A DNA stretch of 64,000 nucleotides from Chloroflexota bacterium. Its GTDB lineage: Bacteria > Chloroflexota > Limnocylindria > Limnocylindrales > CSP1-4. Shown here one piece after another: positions 27,702 to 37,213 of this stretch (positions are counted from its first letter, which is position 1; the number at the start of each line of letters is the position of its first letter). The position numbers and the translations under genes were made by a program. The DNA lies in NCBI GenBank assembly GCA_021785175.1, contig JAJYGH010000077.1:11709-75708 (forward strand), given 5' to 3'. Below the pieces are notes generated by a model. That model worked only from the letters and a program-made list of their open reading frames with translations. It was not told the origin of the DNA and made no database searches.

Positions 27702-28721
27702 CTACGCGCTGATCGCGCCGACGATGATATCCCGGAGCCGGTCGCGCGCAGCCCCCTGGACGACCCCCGCCAAGTCGAGCGCGTCCAGCGCCTCGTCCCG
27801 GTAGCGCCGCGCCTCGTGCCGCGTGTACTCACCGGCCCCCGTCCGATCCAGGATCGCCCGCGCCTCGGCGACCTCGTCGGTGGTTGGGTCCTCGCGAGCG
27901 AGGATCTCCCGGAGCCGACCGGCATCCTCCGCGGAGGCGTGCTCGAGTGCGTACAGGACCGGGAGCGTCCGCTTCCGCTTTGCCAGGTCCGACGGCTCCT
28001 TGCCCGTCTCCTGCTCGATGCCCCAGATCCCGAGCAGGTCGTCGTTGAGCTGGAACGCGAGCCCCAGGGCCCACCCGAAGCGGCGGTACGCGTCGACAAC
28101 CGCCTGGTCGTCGGTCGCCAGCATCGCTCCGGCCTCGATGGAGGCCGCGATGAGGGCGGCCGTCTTCCGGCCGATCATGTCGAAGTACCGCTCGACCGTC
28201 ATCCGGTCCCCGCGCTCGGCGCCCCACAGGTCCAGGAACTGGCCCTCGCACAGCGCCAGGCACGTCCGGTCGTAGAGCCGGAACAACCGGAGGACCTTCG
28301 AGTCGCTGAATCCGAGGTCGGACAGCCGGTGGAGGGCCAGCCGCGAGAGCACGAACAGCGTGTCGCCCGCGTTGATTGCCTGGCCGACGCCGAAGATCGT
28401 CCACAGCGCGGCGCGATGGCGCCGTTCGATGTCGCGGTCCTCGATGTCGTCGTGCACGAGGCTGAAGTTGTGGCCGAGCTCCACCGCCGCGGCGCCGGGC
28501 AGCGCGCGGGCATGGTCGCCGGCGATCGACGCGTACGCGAGGAGCCCGAGCAGCGGGCGCAGCCGCTTGCCACTCACACCCGCCGGACCGTCCAGGCCCA
28601 TGTGGTAGCGGACCATGTCGTAGAGTTCGCGCGTGGCCGGGGCGTCGACCTCGTCGACGACCCGCAGGATCTCGGCCTCGGTGTCGGCGATCATCGCCTG
28701 CAGGTCGGTCTGTGTCAGCAC
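27702..28721 (-). CDS. Polyprenyl diphosphate synthase (trans-isoprenyl diphosphate synthase family)
   Basis: First Asp-rich motif LVHDDIEDRD and second FQLNDDLLG; chain length not assignable. Confidence 0.88.
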   Translation of the reverse strand: MLTQTDLQAMIADTEAEILRVVDEVDAPATRELYDMVRYHMGLDGPAGVSGKRLRPLLGLLAYASIAGDHARALPGAAAVELGHNFSLVHDDIEDRDIERRHRAALWTIFGVGQAINAGDTLFVLSRLALHRLSDLGFSDSKVLRLFRLYDRTCLALCEGQFLDLWGAERGDRMTVERYFDMIGRKTAALIAASIEAGAMLATDDQAVVDAYRRFGWALGLAFQLNDDLLGIWGIEQETGKEPSDLAKRKRTLPVLYALEHASAEDAGRLREILAREDPTTDEVAEARAILDRTGAGEYTRHEARRYRDEALDALDLAGVVQGAARDRLRDIIVGAISA

Positions 28722-28753
28722 GTCCCGGATGATACAGGCGGTACGCTTCCGCC

Positions 28754-29518
28754 ATGCCCGTCCCCCGGATCTACAAGACGAGCGCGATCGTCCTCTCGCG
28801 CTTCGACCTGGGCGAGGCCGACCGCGTCCTGACCCTCCTGACGCCGCACGACGGGAAGCTCAAGGCCATCGCCAAGGGTGTACGCCGGCCCTCGAGCCGG
28901 ATCGGGGGAAGCCTCGAGCCGTTCGCGGAGCTGCACCTCGTGCTCGCCCACGGGCGCACGTTCGACATCGTCACTCAGGCGACCGTCCGCCACGCCTGGC
29001 TCACGCTGCGCGATCGTCTCGAGTCGACCGCGACCGCCTGGTACCTGTCCGAGCTCGCCGAGCGATCCACCGAGGAGCGCGCCCCCGCTCCGCGGCTGTA
29101 CGACCTGCTCGTGGCCGCGTACGGACACCTCGACGCGGGATTGCCGCCGGGCCGCGTTGCGCGCTGGTTCGAGTTCGGGCTCACCGACGAGCTGGGGCTG
29201 CGGCCGGAGGTCGACCGGTGCGTGGAGTGCGACCGGCGACTGGAGGCCGACGAGGCGTTCCGGTGGGTGCCGGCGCTCGGCGGGCTGCTCTGCGCGTCCC
29301 ATCCCGGCCCGGACGCGGAACGGGCTGCGCTGTCGGTGGACGGGCTCCGGTTGCTCAAGGCGTACCGGCACATGGGCCTCGAGACGGTTGCGGCGCTGCG
29401 GCTGCCGGCCGCAGTGGAGGCGGAGGCCGAGCACGCGATGCGGCTGTTCGTCCGGCACGTCCTCGAGCGCGAGGCCCGCTCGCTCGAGTTCCTCGACGAG
29501 GTGCGCGCGGGGCGCTGA
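28754..29518 (+). CDS. recO: DNA repair protein RecO
   Basis: N-terminal OB-fold region and central C..C...C..C zinc motif (CVECDRRLEADEAFRWVPALGGLLCASH). Confidence 0.85.
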   Translation: MPVPRIYKTSAIVLSRFDLGEADRVLTLLTPHDGKLKAIAKGVRRPSSRIGGSLEPFAELHLVLAHGRTFDIVTQATVRHAWLTLRDRLESTATAWYLSELAERSTEERAPAPRLYDLLVAAYGHLDAGLPPGRVARWFEFGLTDELGLRPEVDRCVECDRRLEADEAFRWVPALGGLLCASHPGPDAERAALSVDGLRLLKAYRHMGLETVAALRLPAAVEAEAEHAMRLFVRHVLEREARSLEFLDEVRAGR

Positions 29519-29854
29519 CCGATGGCCGGCCGGCCTGCGCGGCCACGGTCGGTGGACCGGCCCGGCACGGACTCGCCGGGTCTCGGCGGGACGGGTCGGA
29601 TGACCCTCGACCTGCCCCCGCAGGCGAGGCAGACCAGGCGGGCGCGGCGCGGTGGGCGCGTCGTCCGGGCGGCGCCGGCGACTTTCGAGGCGGTGGGTGC
29701 CGGCGGCCGGATGCCGCCACGGGCCCGCGGGGGAGGCGGCCATGTCCGTCCAGGTTTCTGCCCGTGGAAAGCAGGGCCGGGCGGCGTGCGACAATGACGC
29801 TCCGCCGGAGCGCGCGTGCCAGATCGCGCCGGTGACGCCAGGAGCCACCTCACC

Positions 29855-31288
29855 GTGACCGACAAACCGACCGCCACCATGCCGCGTGCCGAAGTCGCCG
29901 CCGACCCCGGGCCCGCCGTCGCCGCCCTCGACACGATCGTCTCGCTGTCGAAGCGGCGCGGGTTCGTGTTCCCGAGCTCCGAGATCTACGGCGGCATCAA
30001 TGCCGTGTGGGATTACGGACCCCTCGGGGTCGAGCTCAAGAACAACGTGAAGCGCGCGTGGTGGCGCGCGATGGTCCAGGATCGGGACGACATCGTCGGG
30101 CTCGACGCCGGCATCCTGATGGCGCCGCAGGTCTGGGTCACGTCGGGGCACGTCGCGAGCTTCTCCGACCCGCTCGTGGAGTGCGAGACGTGCCACCGCC
30201 GGTACCGGCTGGACGAGCTGCCGGGTGCGGAGAACCTGACGCAGACCGAGCTGCGCGATCCCACGATCGTCGAGCGGCTCGGCCTGCGCTGCCCGGTCGA
30301 CCAGGGGAAGCTCGGCGCGCCGCGACGCTTCAACCTCATGTTCAAGACGTACATGGGCCCCGTCGAGGAGGACGCGGCGCAGGTGTACCTGCGCCCCGAG
30401 ACCGCGCAGGGCATCTACGTGAACTTTCGGAACGTGCGCGAGACCAGCCGGAAGAAGATTCCGTTTGGGATCGCGCAGATCGGCAAGGCCTTCCGCAACG
30501 AGATCAGCCCCGGCAACTTCGTCTTTCGGATGCGCGAGTTCGAGCAGATGGAGATGCAGTTCTTCGTGAGGCCCGACGACGCGGCGGCGCAGTTCGAGGC
30601 GTGGATGCCGCGGCGGCGTGCGTGGTACGAGCAGTACGGGGTCAACCCGGCGCGCCTGCGCTTCCGGCAGCATGCCCCCGACGAGCTCGCGCACTACGCG
30701 AAGAAGGCCGTCGACGTCGAGTACCGGTTCCCGTTCGGCTGGAAGGAGCTCGAGGGGATCCACAACCGCGGCGACTGGGACCTCGGGCGGCATCAGGAGG
30801 CGACCGGCGAGAACCTCGAGTACTTCGACCAGGCGACCGGCGAGCACTTCGTGCCGTGGATCGTCGAGACGTCGGCCGGCGCGGACCGCGCCGCCTTCAC
30901 GTTCCTCATCGACGCCTACCGCGAGGAGGCGGTGCGCGGCGAGACGCGCGTCGTGCTCGGGTTCCACCCTGACCTCGCGCCCTACAAGGTCGCGGTGCTG
31001 CCGCTGCTCAAGAAGCGGCCCGAGATCGTCGAGCTGTGCCACCGGATCCGCGACGACCTCAAGCGCGACGTCATGGCGGTCTACGACGACACGGCCTCGA
31101 TCGGGAAGCTGTACCGCCGTCAGGATGAGATCGGGACGCCCTACTGCGTCACGGTCGACGTGGATTCGCTCGAGGACCGCGCGGTGACCGTGCGCGATCG
31201 CGACTCGATGGAGCAGGTGCGGGTGCCGGTCGAGGGCATCCGGCGCTACATCCTCGACCGGCTCGAGGAGGCGCGCTCGGCCGGCTGA
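29855..31288 (+). CDS. glyQS: Glycine--tRNA ligase (dimeric class II, GlyQS type)
   Basis: IVSLSKRRGFVFPSSEIYGG, FRNE...FEQMEMQFF motif 2/3 region; GTG 29855 with AGGAG 10 nt upstream (ORF track start 29816). Confidence 0.9.
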   Translation: MTDKPTATMPRAEVAADPGPAVAALDTIVSLSKRRGFVFPSSEIYGGINAVWDYGPLGVELKNNVKRAWWRAMVQDRDDIVGLDAGILMAPQVWVTSGHVASFSDPLVECETCHRRYRLDELPGAENLTQTELRDPTIVERLGLRCPVDQGKLGAPRRFNLMFKTYMGPVEEDAAQVYLRPETAQGIYVNFRNVRETSRKKIPFGIAQIGKAFRNEISPGNFVFRMREFEQMEMQFFVRPDDAAAQFEAWMPRRRAWYEQYGVNPARLRFRQHAPDELAHYAKKAVDVEYRFPFGWKELEGIHNRGDWDLGRHQEATGENLEYFDQATGEHFVPWIVETSAGADRAAFTFLIDAYREEAVRGETRVVLGFHPDLAPYKVAVLPLLKKRPEIVELCHRIRDDLKRDVMAVYDDTASIGKLYRRQDEIGTPYCVTVDVDSLEDRAVTVRDRDSMEQVRVPVEGIRRYILDRLEEARSAG

Positions 31289-31359
31289 CAGCGCGCATGG
31301 GCGGCTCGTTCTGACGCTCCGTCACCGGGCCGCGTGCCGCCCTCGCCACGAGAGAAGGA

Positions 31360-31452
31360 GCCCGGCCGATCGTGCAGCAACCGGCCGGGCGGGGGAACGT
31401 CGGAATGGGGCCCGGCCGATCGTGCAGCAACCGGCCGGGCGGGGAACGTCGC
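31360..31452. terminator. Duplicated (2 x ~44 nt) bidirectional terminator-like hairpin element between convergent glyQS and nfnB
   Basis: gcccggccgatcgtgcagcaaccggccgggcgggg(g)aacgtcg repeated twice; each copy has 7-bp stem ccggccg/cggccgg with 13-nt loop. Confidence 0.5.
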
Positions 31453-32960
31453 TAGCGGGTTGCGGCCAGCGCGGCGGCCGCCGAGTGATGCTGGACCACG
31501 TGCCGCTCGGCCGGCTCGGTCGCGGGCGGGTACTCGCCGCGCAGCCAGGCGTCGATGGCATGTGCCGCGCGCTTGCCGTCACCCATCGCCAGGATCACCG
31601 TGGCCGATCCGCGGACGATGTCGCCGCCGGCGAAGACGCCCGGCATGCTGGTCATGCCGTGCTCGTCGGTGACGATGTACCCCCACTGGTTGACGTCGAG
31701 CTCCGGTGCCGTGCGCGTGAGGATCGGGTTGCTCCGTGTCCCGATGGCCACGACCACCTCCTCGCAGTCGATGACGAACTCGGAGCCCTCGACGGGGACG
31801 GGGCGCCGGCGACCGGAGGCGTCGGGCTCGCCGAGCTCCATCCGGATGCACCGCAGGCCGCGGACCCAGCCCTGCTCGTCGCCGAGCACCTCGACCGGCG
31901 CGACCAGGAAGTCGAAGCGAATCCCTTCCTGTTCCGCGTGGTGGACTTCCTCGACGCGCGCCGGCATCTCCTCGCGGCTCCGGCGGTAGACGCAGATGGC
32001 CTCGTCCGCACCCAGGCGTTTCGCGGTGCGCACCGAGTCCATCGCGACGTTCCCGCCGCCGACCACCGCGACCCGCCGGCCCCTCAGGATCGGCGTGTCC
32101 GAGCCCTCGGTCCACGCGCCCATCAGGTTGACGCGCGTCAGGTACTCGTTCGCCGAGTACACGCCCTTCAGGTTCTCACCGGGGACGTTCATGAACACCG
32201 GCAGCCCGGCGCCGACCGCGATGAAGATCGCGTCGAACATCTCCCGGAGCTCGGGCAGCGTGTACGTCTTGCCGATGATCGTGTTCGGCTGGATGTCGAC
32301 GCCCCTGGCGACGAGCCGGTCGACCTCGGCCTGGACGATGTCCTTCGGAAGCCGGAACTCGGGGATGCCGTAGATCAGCACGCCACCCGGGGCGTGGAAC
32401 GCCTCGAACACCGTGACCCTGTGGCCCGACTTCACGAGCTCTCCCGCCGCCGTGAGGCCTGCGGGCCCCGAGCCGATCACTGCGACGCGCTTGCCGCTGC
32501 CCTGCGTGCCCGGTGCGGGCAGCTGGTCAGCGTGCGCGCTCGCCCAGTCCGCGACGAACCGCTCGAGGTAGCCGATCGCGACCGGCCTGCCCGTCTTGGC
32601 CCGGAGGCACACGCCCTCGCACTGCGTCTCCTGTGGGCAGACGCGCCCCGTCACGCAGGGGAGGGCATTGTCGTCGAGCAGCGACTGCGCCGCGCCGGCG
32701 ATGTCGCCGCGCGCGAGGCGGTCGATGAAGCGCGGGATGTTGACGGAGACCGGACAGCCGTCAACGCAGTATTCCTTCGGGCAGAGCAGGCAGCGCTCGG
32801 CCTCGAGCATCGCCAGCTGCTCGTCGAAGCCGAGGTTGACCTCCTGAAAGTTGTGCGCGCGGACCGTCGCCTCCTGCTCGGGCATGAGCTGGCGCTCGAT
32901 CTGCATGCGCTCCTTCTTGGTCGGGACCGGGCGCTCGCCCGGGAGGAGCTGCTCCGTCAT
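31452..32960 (-). CDS. GltD-like NADPH-dependent FAD oxidoreductase; NfnB / sulfide dehydrogenase SudA-type large subunit
   Basis: ATG at 32960 (MTEQLLPGE...) inside a longer spurious ORF; N-terminal Fe-S Cys motifs CLLCPKEYCVDGCPV, FAD/NAD Rossmann motifs VAVIGSGPAGL and VAVVGGGNVAMD; overlaps upstream gene stop (ATGA). Confidence 0.85.
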   Translation of the reverse strand: MTEQLLPGERPVPTKKERMQIERQLMPEQEATVRAHNFQEVNLGFDEQLAMLEAERCLLCPKEYCVDGCPVSVNIPRFIDRLARGDIAGAAQSLLDDNALPCVTGRVCPQETQCEGVCLRAKTGRPVAIGYLERFVADWASAHADQLPAPGTQGSGKRVAVIGSGPAGLTAAGELVKSGHRVTVFEAFHAPGGVLIYGIPEFRLPKDIVQAEVDRLVARGVDIQPNTIIGKTYTLPELREMFDAIFIAVGAGLPVFMNVPGENLKGVYSANEYLTRVNLMGAWTEGSDTPILRGRRVAVVGGGNVAMDSVRTAKRLGADEAICVYRRSREEMPARVEEVHHAEQEGIRFDFLVAPVEVLGDEQGWVRGLRCIRMELGEPDASGRRRPVPVEGSEFVIDCEEVVVAIGTRSNPILTRTAPELDVNQWGYIVTDEHGMTSMPGVFAGGDIVRGSATVILAMGDGKRAAHAIDAWLRGEYPPATEPAERHVVQHHSAAAALAATR

Positions 32961-33799
32961 CGGACCGCCTCCGCCGCACACGCATGACGATGTTCGACCG
33001 CCGACTGCTCGAACGCCCGGTACGTGGTCAGGCGATCCGCCAGCAGCCGGAAGTCGACGAGGTGGCCGTCGAACTCGGGTCCGTCGACGCAGGCGTACTT
33101 CGTCTGCCCGCCGACCTCGACCCGGCAGCCGCCGCACATCCCGGTCCCGTCGATCATGATCGAGTTGAGCGAGACGACGGTATGGACCCCGTGGGGCCGA
33201 GTCAACTCGGAGACGGCCCGCATCATCGGCACGGGGCCGACGGCATACACCGTGTCGATCCCGCCCTGGTCCAGGAGATCCTTCAGAGCCTCGGTGACGA
33301 ACCCGTGGCGTCCGTAGCTGCCATCGTCGCTGCAGACGACCACCTCGCCGCACGCGCGCAGCTCGTCCTCGAGGATGACCCACTCGCGCGAGCGTCCGCC
33401 GATGACGCTCGTCACGGAGACGCCGCGGCGCTGGAGTCCCTGCGCGATCGGCAGGATGACGGCCGTGCCGACGCCCCCGCCCACGCACACCGCGTGGCCC
33501 TGTTCGAGCAGCTCGGTGGGGCTCCCGAGCGGTCCGGCGATGTCCTGGATCGCCTCGCCCGGCTCGAGCTCGACGAGGTCCATCGTGCTCTTGCCGATGC
33601 CCTGGATGACGAGCGTGATCGAACCTGCGACGGGATCGGCATCGGCGATGGTCAGCGGGATCCGCTCGGCGCCGGGCCCCCGGCGGACGATGACGAACTG
33701 GCCGGGCTTCCGGATCTCTGCGATACGTGGGGCGCTGACCCTGAGGCGGGTGACGTTCGGCGACAGCTGCGCCTTCTCGAGGATCTCGTGCATGACCAT
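32957..33799 (-). CDS. PyrK-like FAD/[2Fe-2S] electron-transfer subunit; NfnA / SudB-type small subunit
   Basis: Flavodoxin-reductase-like fold and C-terminal Cys cluster (CGGCRV...C); paired and overlapping with GltD-like gene. Confidence 0.82.
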   Translation of the reverse strand: MVMHEILEKAQLSPNVTRLRVSAPRIAEIRKPGQFVIVRRGPGAERIPLTIADADPVAGSITLVIQGIGKSTMDLVELEPGEAIQDIAGPLGSPTELLEQGHAVCVGGGVGTAVILPIAQGLQRRGVSVTSVIGGRSREWVILEDELRACGEVVVCSDDGSYGRHGFVTEALKDLLDQGGIDTVYAVGPVPMMRAVSELTRPHGVHTVVSLNSIMIDGTGMCGGCRVEVGGQTKYACVDGPEFDGHLVDFRLLADRLTTYRAFEQSAVEHRHACAAEAVR

Positions 33800-33971
33800 C
33801 CACTGCTGCGGCTGCGCGACCCATTACTGCACATGGGGTCGCCAAAACCCATAGTGCGGTGCACAAGGTTCCCGCGCGACCCACCAGAGTTCGCGTTGGG
33901 GTGGGCCGAAGGTCACGACGGACACTCCCCGGAGGGGCGGTCGGGAACGGCGCCGCGGGACCGGTGCCGCC

Positions 33972-34826
33972 TCAGTGCTCTGCAGCGACCTGCACCGCGC
34001 GGTCACTCACCGGGCGCCCCCTCGTCACGTCCACCGCCGGCGGCATTCCCTTGCCCTTCGGCCAGTAGAGCTCCTTCTTCACGTGGGGCTCCGGGAACCC
34101 GCGGCCCTGCATGAGCGCCTCGGCCTTCAGGATCATCTCGGGATTGCCGCAGATGTAGACGACGGTGCGCTCAGGGACGAGCCGGTGTTCCTCGCAGACG
34201 TCGTCGAGGATCGCCTCCACCCGTCCCGTGCGCCCCGTCCATCCCGCGTTCGCGGGATCGGAGGGGCGCGAGACCGTGGGCACGTACGTGAGCGGGTACC
34301 CGTCGCGCGCCAGCTGCTCCAGCTCGCCGCGGTATCCGAGCTCCCTGGCGTACGACACGCCGTGCGCGATCAACGTGCGCCGCGGGACGCGGTCCATGAG
34401 GAGGGTCCGCGTCATCGAGATGAACGGCGCGATGCCGGTGCCGGTCGAGATGAAGAGATGCGTCCGGTCATCGTCCGGTTCGAGCATGAACCGTCCCTTG
34501 GGGCCCGTGACCCGCATCCCGTGCCCGATCGGCAGCCGCCAGAGCAGCGTCGTGAAGCGCAGGATCGGCACGAGCCGGATGTAGAACTCGTAGCCGTCGC
34601 GCGACTCGCGCGGGGACGAGGCCACCGAGTACGGACGCTGCACGAGCTTGCCGTCCGCGAAGACGCCGATCGTCAGGTACTGCCCGGGCTCGAACGACAC
34701 CGGCTCGCCGCGCGCGCGCACCCAGAAGTACGCCAGGTCGTCGGTCTCATCCGCGCGCCGGACGAGATCCGCGTTGTACAGCTCCGAGCTCGCGTCGATG
34801 ACGCGCGTGTCCTCGGGCATCATCAT
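33972..34826 (-). CDS. fpr: Ferredoxin--NADP+ reductase (FNR family)
   Basis: RPYSVASSP FAD motif, LFISTGTGIAPF NADP motif, YICGNPEM. Confidence 0.85.
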   Translation of the reverse strand: MMMPEDTRVIDASSELYNADLVRRADETDDLAYFWVRARGEPVSFEPGQYLTIGVFADGKLVQRPYSVASSPRESRDGYEFYIRLVPILRFTTLLWRLPIGHGMRVTGPKGRFMLEPDDDRTHLFISTGTGIAPFISMTRTLLMDRVPRRTLIAHGVSYARELGYRGELEQLARDGYPLTYVPTVSRPSDPANAGWTGRTGRVEAILDDVCEEHRLVPERTVVYICGNPEMILKAEALMQGRGFPEPHVKKELYWPKGKGMPPAVDVTRGRPVSDRAVQVAAEH

Positions 34827-34913
34827 CGTGCTGCGGCACCTCCCTGCGGCAGACGGCCGTCCTTCGCTTGACGCGCCTCCACCTCAACGCCGATGCATCC
34901 AGTGTACGTCGGG

Positions 34914-36164
34914 CTATCCCGCCGCCAGCAGGCCCGCGCCTCGTACCGGCTCCACGGCGAAGACGCGGGGCGTCAGGCCGGTCCGCGCCGGGTACTCCGA
35001 GAGCACTGCGTCGCGCAGCCGAGCCTCCGCGCCGCGCTCGACGAGGGCGACGGTACAGCCGCCGAACCCCGCGCCGGTCATCCGCGAGCCGATGACACCC
35101 GGCGTCGCCAGCGCGATCTCCACCATCGCGTCGAGCTCGGGGGAGCTCACCTCGTACTGGTCCCGCAGGGACTCGTGGCTCTCGACCAGGCAGCGCCCGA
35201 CCGTGGCCAGGTCCCCGGCCTCCAGCGCCGCCACCGTCCGCAGCACGCGCTCGTCCTCGCGCACGACGTGCGCGCACCGGCGGAACGTCTCCTCGTCCAG
35301 CCTGCCGCGGATCGACGCGAGCATGTCGGGCGTCACGTCGCGCAGTGCCCGGATCCTCCGATCGCCCTTGGCGAGCACGGCGACGGCCGCCTCGCACTGG
35401 GCGCGCCTCGCGTTGTACTGCGACACGCTGAGGCGCCGTGGCGAGCCCGTGTCGCACACGATGATCCGGCACCGCTCGAGCGGCAGGGGGACGGGCCGCC
35501 ACTCGAGCGTCCGGAAGTCGAGCAGGATCGCCTCACCGTCGCGTCCGAGCGCCTCGGCCGCCTGGTCCATGAGGCCGGAGTTGACGCCCACGTACCGGTT
35601 CTCGGCGCGCTGGCAGACCCGCGCGAGCGTCATGGCGTCCACGTCGCCGCCGGGGGGGTCGGTCAGCGCCCACGCCGACGCGAGCTCGATCGCCGCGGAC
35701 GACGACAGGCCCGCGGACGTCGGGATCGTGCTCGCGAGGAGCCCGCGGAAGCCACGCGTCGGGATGCCGGCCTGGCCCAGGCTCCACGCCGTGCCGGCCA
35801 CGTAGTCGATCCACCGGCCCTGCGCCGGCCCGATCGCGTCGAGATCGAAGCCCGCGCGCTCGCCGGATTCCCCGAGGACGATCTCGACGCGCCGATCCGC
35901 GGAAGGGACGAGCGCGATGCGCAGCTCGAGGTCGATCGCCGCGGGGAGCGCGAACCCGTCGTTGTAGTCGGTGTGTTCGCCGATGAGGTTCACGCGTCCG
36001 GGCGCGCGCACGACGCGGACAAGGTCGGGGCGATCGGCGGCCCGCGGCTCGGCCTCGGCCAGCGCCGCTCTCAGCGCCTCGACGTCCTGGCACGCCACGT
36101 CGCCGATCGAGCGCGGCGCCTCCTCGCGCGGATCGAACCCGACCGCCAGCTGCCGGCCCTCCAC
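34914..36164 (-). CDS. galK: Galactokinase (GHMP kinase)
   Basis: Galactokinase signature APGRVNLIGEHTDYNDGFALP, GHMP motif GLSSSAAIELA; start chosen at GTG 36164 (ORF track extends to 36458 through an Arg-rich likely non-coding stretch). Confidence 0.8.
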   Translation of the reverse strand: MEGRQLAVGFDPREEAPRSIGDVACQDVEALRAALAEAEPRAADRPDLVRVVRAPGRVNLIGEHTDYNDGFALPAAIDLELRIALVPSADRRVEIVLGESGERAGFDLDAIGPAQGRWIDYVAGTAWSLGQAGIPTRGFRGLLASTIPTSAGLSSSAAIELASAWALTDPPGGDVDAMTLARVCQRAENRYVGVNSGLMDQAAEALGRDGEAILLDFRTLEWRPVPLPLERCRIIVCDTGSPRRLSVSQYNARRAQCEAAVAVLAKGDRRIRALRDVTPDMLASIRGRLDEETFRRCAHVVREDERVLRTVAALEAGDLATVGRCLVESHESLRDQYEVSSPELDAMVEIALATPGVIGSRMTGAGFGGCTVALVERGAEARLRDAVLSEYPARTGLTPRVFAVEPVRGAGLLAAG

Positions 36165-36313
36165 GCCGTCCTGCGCCTCGGCGACCCTGGCGATCGCGCG
36201 ATCGAGGGCGAACGGCGCCCTAGCGTACGACGTTCGGCGGATGCGCCGTAGACTCGCCCGGCGCCGGCGCCGGGCAGCGACCGACGGGACGACGAAGACG
36301 GGGGGAGGCGCGC

Positions 36314-37201
36314 ATGCACCAGGCGCAGCAGTGGCCCGAAGCCGAACTGGTCCTGGACGCGCGCGCCCGCCTCGGCGAGGGACCCGTGTGGGACGAGATC
36401 GCCGGGGTTCTCGCGTGGGTCGACATCCTCGCTCCCGCCATCCACGTGTACCGGCCATCGGACGGCTCCGACCTCCTGATCCCGCTGCCGTCGCCCGTCG
36501 GCGCGGTCGCGCTCCGCGAGCGGGGCGGGTTCGTGCTCGCCCTCGAGGACGGCTTCTGGCTGCGCGACGCCGATGGCACGCTGCGGTTCCTCGCGCCCGT
36601 CGAGGCGGACGACCCGTCGATCCGGATGAACGACGGCGGCGTCGACCCGGCCGGGCGGTTCTACTGTGGAACGATGGCGTACGACGAGCGCCCAGGCGTC
36701 GCCGCCCTGTATCGCCTGGAGCCCGATGGGCGCGTCGACCGCCTGTTCGGCGGCGCGACGATCTCGAACGGGATCGACTGGAGCCCGGACGGCCGCTCGT
36801 GCTGGTACATCGACACCCCGACGCTCGGCGTCGATCGGTTCGACTACGACCATGAGACCGGCGCGCTGACGAACCGGCGCCGGGTCATCACCATCGAGCC
36901 TGGACAGGGGTCGCCCGACGGACTGACGGTCGACGCCGAAGGGGGCGTGTGGGTGGCGTTCTGGGGCGGCTGGTGCGTGCGCCGCTATCTGCCCGACGGG
37001 ACGCGCGACCGCGTCGTGCAGGTGCCGGCGGCGCAGGTGACGAGCTGCGCGTTCGGCGGCGAGCTGCTCGACGAGCTGTACATCACGACGGCATGGAACG
37101 GGCTGTCGGCATCCGACCGCGAGGCCCAGCCGCACGCGGGCGGCCTGTTCCGGACACGACCGGGCGTGCGGGGCGTGCGGGCGCGACGATTCGGCGGGTG
37201 A
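36314..37201 (+). CDS. SMP-30/gluconolactonase/LRE-like (regucalcin family) protein
   Basis: LGEGPVWDE motif and six-bladed propeller repeat pattern. Confidence 0.8.
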   Translation: MHQAQQWPEAELVLDARARLGEGPVWDEIAGVLAWVDILAPAIHVYRPSDGSDLLIPLPSPVGAVALRERGGFVLALEDGFWLRDADGTLRFLAPVEADDPSIRMNDGGVDPAGRFYCGTMAYDERPGVAALYRLEPDGRVDRLFGGATISNGIDWSPDGRSCWYIDTPTLGVDRFDYDHETGALTNRRRVITIEPGQGSPDGLTVDAEGGVWVAFWGGWCVRRYLPDGTRDRVVQVPAAQVTSCAFGGELLDELYITTAWNGLSASDREAQPHAGGLFRTRPGVRGVRARRFGG

Positions 37202-37213
37202 ACCCGCCCGGCC

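Noticed and set aside
36164-36458. N-terminal 98 codons of the track ORF 34914..36458 as part of galK
   Set aside because: The stretch is Arg-rich low complexity and galactokinase homology begins about 30 residues before APGRVNLIGEHTDY. An in-frame GTG at 36164 with an AGGA upstream gives a canonical-length protein.
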